Below, one piece after another: positions 53,430 to 64,000 of a stretch of 64,000 bases of DNA. The DNA lies in assembly GCA_013265495.1 (NCBI GenBank), contig MU058687.1, positions 248,001 through 312,000 of the forward strand. The letters are read 5' to 3'. Position 1 is the first letter of the stretch, and each line of letters opens with the position of its first letter. Below the pieces are notes generated by a model that worked only from the letters and a program-made list of their open reading frames with translations, searched no databases and was not told the DNA's origin. This stretch comes from Vicugna vicugna (taxonomy: Eukaryota). The translations under genes and the position numbers were made by a program.

Positions 53430-54090
53430 ACCCTAGAAAAGCTCTTGCACCTGTGCACCAGGATTTATGTGCAAGAATGTTCTTGGCAGCTTTGTTCCTA
53501 ACAGACTCAATCTGGAAACAACCCTATTCATCAAGAATAGAATGGAAAAACACATTGTAGTATATTCATATGAGGGAATACAATACAGCTGTGAAAATGA
53601 ATGACCTACAGCTACATGGCCAGGGAATTGTTTGAATTGCACAAACATAATGTAGAGGGGGAGAATGTTGAAACACAAGAATGTATTTTGTAGAAATTTA
53701 CACATGTAGAGTTCAAAGATAGGTGGTAAAATTATTAAGAATAAAGAGGAAATTAATTACATGAATGTCAGGATAATAGTAGTCAATTCTAATGGGGCGG
53801 GAGGGGGTCACAATTGCTCAGGGGACACACAGAGTCTTCTCATAATATACTGATAGTTGCTATACCTTGATCCGGGTATTGGTTATGCAGAGAGTTGCTT
53901 TGCAGTTACAGTCAGCCCTCCAGTATCCATGGATGTGGAACTACAGAATGGAGGGCCGACTATACTATATCAGTTTATATAAGCATCCGCAGATTTTGGT
54001 GTCCATGGGGAGTCCTGCAATTAATCACCTGCAGATACCAAAGGACGATTATTTGTTAAACTGTCCAGATATGTTCTATGCATTTTTATA
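53430..54090 (+). mobile_element. Old L1 3' fragment containing a MER2-type insert
   Basis: CCTAGAAAAGCTCTTGCACCTGTGCACCAGG...CTGGAAACAACC. Confidence 0.65.
53907..54050 (-). mobile_element. MER2B-like TcMar-Tigger element
   Basis: TACAGTCAGCCCTCC terminus; reverse complement resembles the 56588 copy. Confidence 0.65.
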
Positions 54091-56587
54091 TATGTATGTT
54101 TTATCTTCCTCGTTTGAAAAACTAAAAGGAAGACAGGAAGGGAGAGAGGGAAGGAGGAAGGAAAAGCCAGTCCCACAAACCAGACCTCATTTCTTTGTAT
54201 AGCTAATCCAGACCAGGCTTTAGGATACCTGGATGAGGGGTGATCGGGTTTGAGATAGGTGGAGAAAGGCCCTGTACTTACATCTGTGGATGTTCAATTA
54301 TGCTAGATACTGCCAAGCAGTTTCCCAACGTTGTACCAATTTATTCTCTCACCAGCCAAGATTTTCCATTGTTTTGCTTCTTCTCTATCATTTGACATTT
54401 TCAGATTTTTAAATTTTCGCTTCTTTTGTAAGATGTATAAAGGTTTGTTTGTCTGCAGTTCCTTTATTCTAGTAATTAATGAACTTAAGCATCTTTTTGT
54501 TCTTTGTGAAATGCCTGTTCAAGTCTATTACCCATTTTTTTCTATCGGGTTATTTGTCTTTTTCTTATTGTTTGATTGGAGTATGTATATTTTGGACATT
54601 AGGGCTTTGCTGGTCAAAAAGATGCATTCCAGGACTTGTCGCCTGTGTTTTTCTAGGTGGGAGGGTCAGAGGCAGCAAACCTGAATTCCTTTGTCTACAG
54701 CTTGGGTGCCTCAGGGAGTTTGCTCAGCCTTCCCGGGCAGTGGTTGCCCTGTCTGATGCAGCGTTGAGTTCCTGGCCCCAGAACCAGTGGCCCTGCTGTC
54801 CCCTCCAGACGCAAGCTGCCCAGGAAGCAAGTGAGCCCCATGAGAAGGACAATGTGAGCCTTGTTTTGAGTTTTCTTCCCTCCTACTCTCTTTCTATTAG
54901 CACAGAATATGATGTTTTGCTGCTGTCTCAAATGCATAAATTTTACTTCACACATCAGTGCCAAAAAGAATAAAATAGGAAAGGACTTAGAGGTCAGCCA
55001 ATTTCTGAAGCCCTTTGTACTAGCCTGGATTTTACTGTCTGGACAATAGTAAATGCTACCTGAGAACTGTGAGCAAGACTGTGCCAAGGCAGAGAAAGAC
55101 ACTCATACATTGCCGAGGGCAATGGGTCACATTACCTAAGTCAGCATTTGAAGCCAACATAAAGAATGCTTTTAATGCGCTGAGAGGCCATTAGCAACCT
55201 TCCCTGCAATACCTCCTTAAACTTGAAACTGGCTTCCAGAGGAAGTGAGAGGTACTTGAGTTGTAGATGTACTATTATTCTATGCTAATTCTCCCTGAGA
55301 GGAGACCTGAGTTTCTGGTGAGGAGGGTGTGGTGGATCCTGAATTTACAGTCATTTTAAATCATTAATTTTCACATGTGACAGGGACAAAATTTTTTGAC
55401 GTATAATTCATCAGCCCCCTGTCACTCTCCCTGCAACTTTACCTCTTCTCTCACTCAGCCCAAACCCTTGAGGACAAGTATTGATTTCAGTGACCTGGAA
55501 CCCTCGCCTGCTGTAAGCCAGTGCATCCTGTGGGGAGAGCCCACCTCAGGCTGGGGCCTTTGGAGATCTACTTCTGGGCTGGAGAACTTGCTGTCTGTTG
55601 GACAATGTGGATAATGTTACTTCTTCCTCAACTGACCTCTCCAACACAGATTTAATAAAGGCTTTGCTAACCTCAGAAATATTAAGTGAAGGATTTGTTG
55701 CTTCCAAGGCTGTCTGGAGTCAGACTTGTGTTTCTTTTGACCAGGATCGGTGCTAAGGGAGGAAACGGGGGCTCAGATGCATCTGGGTCATACTTACCTG
55801 CTTCTCTATCTGCACCAGCAGATCCTACACATAAACAACATGTATTCAACTGGTATAGAGAGACAGGATGTAAAATTATTGGAAGCCTGGGACCCGTGGG
55901 TCCCCCTGGACTTCCCCACAGACACAGCCAGCAGCCTGCTCCAGCTCTGAGACTGGCAGCTGCTCTGGTAGTGCCCGTGCTACAGCAATGATGAGCTGTT
56001 GTGAGTACCTCTCCCATACTTACGTAGATGGGTTTTGAAACCTTAGGACAGATCTTTACATTGAACTTTATCAGATTCAGTCCATTTTTCTTATCAATGA
56101 GGTCTGTTTTACCTTGGATTTTCTCAGAAGCTACCCCTGAGATGAAGATTTGAGTGCAAGCGCTTTATTTGGGAAGCATTCAGGGAAGCCCCAGTGGGAG
56201 CTGGAGGAAGTGTGGGCCCAGCTGGGTTCCTCACCAATGAGGTGAGCCAGGAGGTCAGCAGTGGCGGGAGTGAGCATAGCGGTACCCAGAGCTTTAAGCC
56301 GGTCTCCAGAGCATCACCGCCCCTGCTCATTTCTGCCTTCCAGATCTCTCACAATTTTTCTCCCATGGCCAAGCGTAATGTGTACAACACAGGGAAGGGA
56401 GTTCTGGAAAATGTAGGTCCAGCTGAGCTATGTCGACAGGATACAAAACTCTCCACAATTCTCCCAATGAATGTACAGAGAATACGATTCTCAGTCCGCA
56501 AAGTTCGACTAGCAGAACAGCATTTTCTTTGTTTTCCATATCAATTGAGTTTCTGCCTCTGAGCCCCATTCTGACAGACAGGCAAAA

Positions 56588-56706
56588 TACAGTCGTCCCT
56601 CAGTATCCAAGGGGGATTTGCTCCAGGACACCCGCGGGTACCAAAATCTGTAGATGTTCAAGTCCCTTATATAAAATGGCTAGTAGAGTCTGCCCTCAGC
56701 ATCCTT
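56588..56706 (+). mobile_element. MER2/MER2B TcMar-Tigger element
   Basis: TA|CAGTCGTCCCTCAGTATCC...CAAAATCTGTAGATGTTCAAGTCCCTTATATAAAATGG. Confidence 0.75.
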
Positions 56707-59700
56707 GAGTTACACTTAGGTGAAGATTCCACGATCTTACCCGATTCCAGTCAGTGACTGTTGAGGGTTAACACTGAGACAGACATTGTGCCTTTCTCAG
56801 GACCCCTTCAGATCTGGTGACACTTGGGACATGGGACTTATTTTCAAGGCTAAGGGCCCCAGTGCCTTTCCTCTCTGGGGCTTTGCCACCTCCCTGGGGC
56901 CCTGCCAGGAAGTCAAGACTGAAAGGAATCTTATGAAAGGCATTCCACTGTAAAACACTTTGAACCTTCTCTTCTCCTTCCACTTCTACCACAAGCCTAT
57001 ATTCTCCTAGAGGCTTAGTGAATAAGAAACAAAGACTGCTTTCTGCCATGTCATCTACCTTCTCAAAGGCAAAAAAAAAAAAAAAAAAAAAGCATAAAGT
57101 TTCCAGCTTGATGGGAAAGAAAATGTCCAGGGAAAAAAAAATCAATCTTTTAAAATACTCTCCAGGCACCTAGGGCTGCTGTGGCTCTTCCTCTGTATCT
57201 GGATGAGGACACTAAGTGGTGACAGCAGCTAGAGCTAGAAGCCAGCATCCCCCTGGGCTGTCACCACCCTCTTTGCCTTGGCCCCTGTCCAGGACACTTT
57301 TCTCGGTTGTGCTGGGGCAGGGGGTTGGGGAGGGAGTGGTGTCGGAGTGAGGCCTGAGGTGGATTGATGACCCCTGGACACTTCGAGGGATAGAGAGACA
57401 TGCGCTGCTGAGGAAATTACGCTCTTGTTGCCCACGGCACTATTCCTGGTTTCTGTGGGCCTGGCAAGCCTGCCTGTCCCGTTGAGCATGCCATGAGAAC
57501 TGCTAACCACTTTGGTTTATCTTCCCCCCCAGCAAAGAAAATGCAGCCACTGTCAGCCACCAGCTCAGGGCTTGAAAGACGTGAGATCTGCTAAATGAAA
57601 CACACTTACACATGATAACCAGCAAAAGCATAGAGATTTTTAAAGATGAATTAAAGGAAAAACTCCATCTCGCTGGATCTCACAAGTGTGGCTACCTGGA
57701 TGCCTGACCTACACAGGCCAACCCCTGGGAACCACCAAAGCAGCTGGATTTAAGACAAATCTAGCCTGATTTGTGGGTCTCAGCTAAAACTGCAGAATTA
57801 AAATCAGTGCAGAGAGGCCTCCAGAAAGGAAAAAAGGATCAAGTTTCAAGTGTTCCAATGATGCTGACATGCAATGAGCTGGACCTTCTGCTCTTCTTTA
57901 CAGTAAGAGGTGATGCCTCGTATGCACACATATACGTGGTATGAGGAGGCTGTGTTTGCACCGGTATCTAAGACAGGGACCACAGCACTGGAGCATTGCA
58001 TGCACCATGGAGAACAGTGTCAGATGACTCCATCACCTACTGAAACGTCTATCACTGAAGAGCTACTTAACTAAAGTTTCTCTTGGCTGAGCCTTAAAAT
58101 AGAGAATTGTTAATAATTTTCTCAGAGCAATATAACTTCCAAAACACGAAAATGCTTCCGTCTTTAGTCCCATGTTCATCCGTCCACTTTGACTGTATAT
58201 CTGTCATTCAGCTGTTTCTCTGGGAGGTGTTCAGCAGTCTGCTGCTTAGTCATCCTTTTCCAAGTAGTTTCTGAAAATAGTGACTTAATTGAATGTTCTC
58301 TCTGAGAGCAATTTCATCTTGTTGCCTAGGATTTGGTTGCACACTGTGTTTTAGACTAGTTGCACTCAAAAGACATCTCTTTCAGTTTATTTTCACTCCT
58401 GGTTTTATTATACCCACCCCTTCCCCCCACCCTTTCCCAGGTACACCCTCCACTTCCCACGTCTACTTGGTGGCGCTGTGCTGTCAGAACATACTGGAAT
58501 GCTGGTTCAATGATTTTGTGTTCAAGTTGATAAAATGGTGAAATCAGCTAAAGGAGGTATGTTTATAACCATGTTTATTAGTGATATCAGAAAAAAAGTG
58601 GAGAATGGCTATAGTTGTGAAGAAGTAACTGATTAAAAGCCTAAGTTTTTGCTTACTAGTGAGCATCGCCTGGTTCTGGTTAGTTTTCTCCTTGCAAATA
58701 ATTATGGCATCACTCTGAGCATAAGGACACCTAACTGGTAGTGTAAATACAGTCTTTAGCTATTTTTATTTCTCTATAATCTTTATGTCTTTTATGAAAC
58801 TGTCTCTCATCATGATCAACATGAAGCAGGTGTCGACTGCATCACCATTGAGTCTGGTTCTGATGAGAATACCTGCTGAGCTGTGGATTGGCAGCTCTTA
58901 ACCCATCAGCTCTTACCCACTATTTTTTTCAGTGGCCAACAAGGCAAGGAGGTGTAGCTGGTAAGTCCTTTCCAGAGTGTCAGAGGGTCCATGCGAGGAG
59001 CCTCACAGGATTGGTGGAGCAGCCTGGGGGGAAATGAGAACTATTTAAAGGCGTGTTTGTGGCTTAATGATGCTGGGCCTCCTCTCCTGGCTTCTCACAA
59101 ATTGAATATGGAAAAAGAAGGGGGAAAAGGAAAAAGCAAACAGCATTTAAAGTTATTCCTGCATACCTCTTCTCTGAGGGTCTCTCCTCGAAGCAATAAT
59201 TCAGCCAAACTCTTATTTTAAGATTCTTGTGTGCTGACAGGATCAGAGCGAGGATGTTATTACTGCAATAATGCAGGCTTCATTTTTTCCATTACTGAAG
59301 GAGAAAACTCTCTGGGGAGTGAAATTCAACACTCAATTTAACAATAGCACTGCATACTAATTCACAGTGAAATGTGGAACCAATCCAGTTAAGAAAACGC
59401 CCAGATAAAAGGAAATGGACCATAATAGTATAGTCTTTCAGTTATGGGTCTCATGTTATGAGGATTACAAATTCTGTCCTAAATGTTAATTAAGATTCTT
59501 AATATCTCGTGATAAATACAAAGGCAGTCACTTCACAGATGAGAAAATTAAGATGAGCCTCTGTGACTGGTCCAGGGATGCATGAGAAGTCGCAGAGAAG
59601 ATGCAGATACTGAATTTCTGGCTTCAGCTCCTATCCTCAACTGCTTATCTAATGCTTCAAATTCTGACCACAGGAGGTTTGACTGAGACAACTTGAATTG

Positions 59701-59739
59701 GGAAAAGAGCCTCTAGGCTCTCTGTTAAATCATAAATAT

Positions 59740-60430
59740 ATGTTGCACTTTTTACAGATGTCAAAGACTGTGCTAGCCCCTGGGCTTCTAAAATGAATAA
59801 AATAAATGCCCTAGTTTGAAGAAACTCGTCTACTAGTGGGAAAACCATGCAAATGATTGCTCCCTTTCTGCTCCCTCCACCTCTACTTCTGGTCTATCTG
59901 ACCTAAGGTCTTTCCAGTTTCAGTAGAGATAGCCCTTTCTGCAGGTCTTTCCAGACCCCTACCCCACCCCCAGTCAGGAATAAGTTCTCCTCCTATACAC
60001 TCCCTTAACATCCCGTACTTCCCTATTGTAGTCCTGACAATGCAGTATTATATCTGTCTGCTTATTTGTCCTAGTCCTTTCTAGACTAAGCTCGGTGAAG
60101 GGAAAGTCCGTGCAGGTCTTTTTTTTTTTCTTTTTTACCATGTATAACACAACACCTGCATGTAATGGACAATAAAGAAGTATTTGCTCAATGAATGGAT
60201 AAATGAAGCATTTATTATCAATCTTACTCCTTTTGGTACTTATCAGATACTGCATATACTGTTACTTCCCTGTCTTCCCAACTGGACTGTAAACTCCCAT
60301 GGGTCAGGAATTCTCACTTACTTATAATATAATATACCACTTAGCACCTACTCTGGCATTAAGCACACAATGGGCATCCATTCATTTGTTTATTCATTTG
60401 ACAAGTGGGTAATAGTGTGTTTACTATGAT
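59740..60430. mobile_element. Clustered L2 3' fragments
   Basis: CTAGACTAAGCTC, GGACTGTAAACTCCCATGGGTCAGGAA, TGAATGGATAAATGAA. Confidence 0.6.
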
Positions 60431-62299
60431 AAAGGCAAATACGGAGTTTGAGAGGAGCGAGTTTGGAGAGGAAGAAGCTGGGAATGGGTCTGAATGAAAC
60501 TCCCTAATTATTTACTTTTTTTGTGTGTGTGTCATGTAGTGGTTGTAAATCTAGCCTTACTCACAGAAAGAAAAAAAACCTTATGTATTACCTGCTTAGT
60601 AAAGGATATTTGTTATATTTCCAGTTGCTAAGGGAGCAAAGAATCACAGTTTAAAAATAGATTTTTTATAAGCATCTAACATGGAGGAGCAAAAAGAAGG
60701 GAGCAGGAGAGAAATAATAGGATCAAATAATCCCAAGGGGCCAGCGTCTCTAGCCAGGGAGGAGCTGCCTCATGTATTGTGTAATATGTGTGGTTTGGCA
60801 GAAATGATATGGAAGAGTCCTCTTTCCTCTTGTTAAAGGATAATTATTTTTAAAAAGCAAAATCATGACTCATACAAATAAAAAATTAACATATGTCTAA
60901 GATTTTATTTAACTCATTAATTAATGATGGAACTGGTAAGATATTACAACTGATTCAAAAGATAATCCAAAGAGTAGACACATATATATTTCAGCAATGC
61001 TGACATTAATTTGCTTAATAGACACAACATTGGTTTCTTAGGGGAGGGGAAGAGAGATCAATTGCACTCTAGAACAATTTGTGCTTGTATTTCTATGGAC
61101 AAGAATCATTCGCACTGCTATCAGTTTCTTGTAACTCAGAGTTGTAAATTAGCTCAAAGATAATGAAGGGTGTAGATATTCTGCTAAACTGGGCACCTAG
61201 TAATCTTTCTCACCCACTTTAAAGTCTTTCACAATTTTCCCTGACACTAATAGACCCGCAACTTGTCCTCCAAATAAAGCTTCACTGTGTGAAGGCTCAG
61301 CATTTCTCTGAAAAGTTTTCAGAAAGATAAAGTGTTTTTAAAGATTAACTACAGAAGGCTAAAATTTCTGTGCTACTCAGATAAAACCACTGAGTGGAAT
61401 AAAAATCTCAGTTCCTCATAGATGCTTGCGTGCTCAAAAAGCCAACCTGATCGTTTTCTTTGATGTGTAACTCTCATGTCCTCCTTAAAATAATATAACT
61501 GATATTTAACTTCTTTTGTCATCATGAAATATTTTACAAATACAGAAAGTTTATAGACTAATATAGCAAACATCGAGATATTCACCACTCAGTTTAAGAA
61601 ATACAACTGTGTTTGTCCCCCTTTTCTGATCTCATTTCTCTCCCTCCAGAAATAACCGTTCTCAGTATGGATGGGAGTTTATCATTCCTTTGCAGGTTTT
61701 TATGATTTTACAACATAAGTTGTAACCATAAACAACATACAGTATTGTTTTGCTTGTTTTTAAACTTTATATAAATGGAATCAAACTGTTGTTTCCTTTT
61801 GTAACTTGCTTTTTCTGTTCAACATTATGTTTCTGAGATTTTAGATCTGGTATTATTTTTGTTAAATATAATGGCTTAAACATGAATGCTTTGTTGGGAA
61901 CAAGAACAGAAACCAGGTACAATTTTCACACATTATTCATTATATATAAAAATCCTGGTCATGTAGTCATAGAAACAGTACATGGAAACGATAGAAGTGA
62001 TCAACTGATGGCAGTATTTTAAAGAATTTGGGAAAAAATGTTCTAGGAAAGGTAACTTTATTCACTGCTATTTAAATAAATGGTAGCTTAATTTACTACT
62101 ATTTTAAAAACTAACCAAGTTATTTGATCTCAGGTAAATCATATAGCTTTTCTTTCTCTTTTTCTTCCTCTGTACATGAGAGAGTTGAGTTAGATCTGAG
62201 TTCCTCAAATGCTTTTTTTAAGCCCATGCCTCTTTTGAGGCATGCAAAAACCTCAAGTTTTTCTCAAATTACTTGGAACTAAAAAATAAACTAAACAGA

Positions 62300-63830
62300 C
62301 TTCCAGTTTTGGCCAAGTGAGGAGACTGGCAAATCCATTCCCTTCAGAACCAACTATAAAGCTGAATAAAATTAACATAAATAAGCATTTTGTGCTCTGG
62401 AAATTGACCAAAGGCATACAACAACCTGAGAAGCATTTACGCTTGACGAAGTGCTGACTTCAGGTCAGAACAGGTGTTCTACCTGGTGCTACTCCTATCC
62501 CCTCCCGGCCACCCCAGCTCATTGTGGAGGTTCTGCCAGGATGCAGTTCTGCTTTTCTGCTGTGGGTGAAGGGAGATGCTCTATCTGGAGCAGTGGGTGA
62601 TGCCCGCACTCAGAGGTATTGTCAGTATCTCCAATGCAAGTGAGCAGGAAGCTTGGCTCCACTAGCCTGAGGTTGCAACTGTGGTTGGAGCAAGCATATT
62701 CCTAGCTGAGGCTGCATACGTGCAGAGTGGAGACCAAAGAGGGTCCAAGCTCTTCACATATGCCTGGCTGAGCCTGGGGCTGCATGTACGTACATAAGAG
62801 ACTCAGAAGGATCCTTTGGAAAATAAAACCTGGGCCTTCTTGAAAATAGCCTAAATTTTCAATGTATTCCCCTAAACATACACAGATTTATGAACAGAGG
62901 AGGAAAGACTTACTGGTTTAAGATGTTTGAGCATACTTCTGTCCAACCATTGACTAACCATTGTCTAACTATTAAGCCGTGGGACTCAGGAGTGAGACCT
63001 CTAGGAAGCCAGGTTTAAAAATAAAAACAAGAATATTTTTAAGACAAACAAAAAACATCATTATCATCATCAACAACAAAAAAAATGAGCAAAGATATCA
63101 GTGGCCATCAGAATGCATAGGAGACTGGTTTCACAAATGTAGCCTAGGCAATATCTTATAAAAACCTGTAATGAAAAAGAATACACACACACACACACAC
63201 ACATATATCACTATGCTGTACACCAGAAACTAACACAACATTGTAAATCAACTATACTTCAATTTAAAAAATATAAATAAAGATACAAGGCTGATAAAAA
63301 AAATGTAGCCCAGGCAAGAAAAAAGCAAGTGAACAAGAATGAAGAAAGGGAGAGAGGAAAGGAGGGAAAAAAGGGAAAAATGGTAGGAGGAGGAAAGAAG
63401 AAAAAGAGAAGGGTCAAAACAAAGAAACAAAAACAGCAGAAACAGAGGGAGGGTACAGCCCATGCTTAGCATGCAAGAGGTCCTGGGTTCAATCCTCAGT
63501 ATCTCCATTTTAAAAAATAATTAAATAAATAAACCTAATTATTTCCCCTACCCCCCAAAAACAACAAAAACAGCAGAATCAACAAACTTCAGGGAGGAAA
63601 ATTTAAAAATCCACATTTATTACAATATATTATCTAAAATGTTAAATTTTCAACAGAAAATTATGGGACCTGCAAAGAAACAGAAAAGTGTAATCTATAC
63701 TTCGGGGAAAGAAAACCAGTTAATAATAGAAATGGCTTTTCAGTGTCCCAGTAGGTCGAATTTAGCAGACAAAGACTTTAAAGCAATTTTTATAAATATG
63801 TACAAAAAACTACAGGAAACCTTATTTATA
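62300..63830 (+). mobile_element. Old L1M 5' region/ORF1 start with nested younger inserts
   Basis: ORF 63639 (MLNFQQKIMGPAKKQKS...LADKDFKAIFINMYKKLQE) resembles old L1 ORF1 N-terminus; nested L1 tail 63165-63280 and SINEs. Confidence 0.65.
63442..63562 (+). mobile_element. Camelid SINE with internal A-box deletion
   Basis: Perfect 16-bp TSD aacaaaaacagcagaa (63426-63441, 63563-63578); B-box intact. Confidence 0.88.
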
Positions 63831-63840
63831 TATACATCCC

Positions 63841-63978
63841 TTTATTTATTTATTTATTTTGGTGGGGGAAGTTAATTAGGTTTATTTATTTATTCATTCT
63901 TCAGGAGGTACCGGGATTGAACCCAGGACCTCATGCATGCTAAGCATATGCTCTACCACTTGAGATATACCCTCCTCC
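63841..63978 (-). mobile_element. Camelid tRNA-derived SINE
   Basis: Reverse complement of the SINE head and (TTTA)n tail. Confidence 0.88.
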
Positions 63979-64000
63979 ACTAGAAGACCTGATTTAAAGA

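Noticed and set aside
55790..55800. ATACTTACCTG identical to the U1 snRNA 5' end
   Set aside because: Does not continue as U1 (GCAGGGGAG...); better read as a minus-strand splice donor
1..64000. Naming the gene served by the CpG island
   Set aside because: No coding exon recognised in the window; needs BLAT/synteny

Overview
Mammalian, non-coding, repeat-rich genomic DNA, most likely from a camelid (alpaca/camel/llama). That inference rests on seven copies of a tRNA-derived SINE (GGGAGGGTATAGCTCAGTGGTAGAGCGCATGCTTAGCATGC...GGTTCAATCCCCAGTACCTCC, Vic-1-like) and cetartiodactyl-type L1 3' ends. The main landmark is a CpG-island promoter at about 23.4-24.15 kb, with a probable non-coding first exon on the minus strand (donor CAG|GTGAGC at 23830/23829). 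On that reading, 1-23.8 kb is mostly 5' intronic sequence and 24-64 kb is upstream/intergenic. I could not recognise any protein-coding exon or name the gene; apart from L1 ORF1/ORF2 remnants, I recognised no protein in the ORF track. Most of the rest is interspersed repeats (L1, L2, MIR, MaLR/ERVL LTRs, hAT/Tigger MERs). Family names are from recalled consensus sequences and boundaries are approximate unless target-site duplications (TSDs) are given. Best leads: a full CTCF site with upstream module, small minus-strand exons that could form a distal alternative 5'UTR, tiny L1-tail and poly(A)-only insertions with TSDs, and a promoter Z-DNA tract. I see no convincing evidence for a wholly new biological system.
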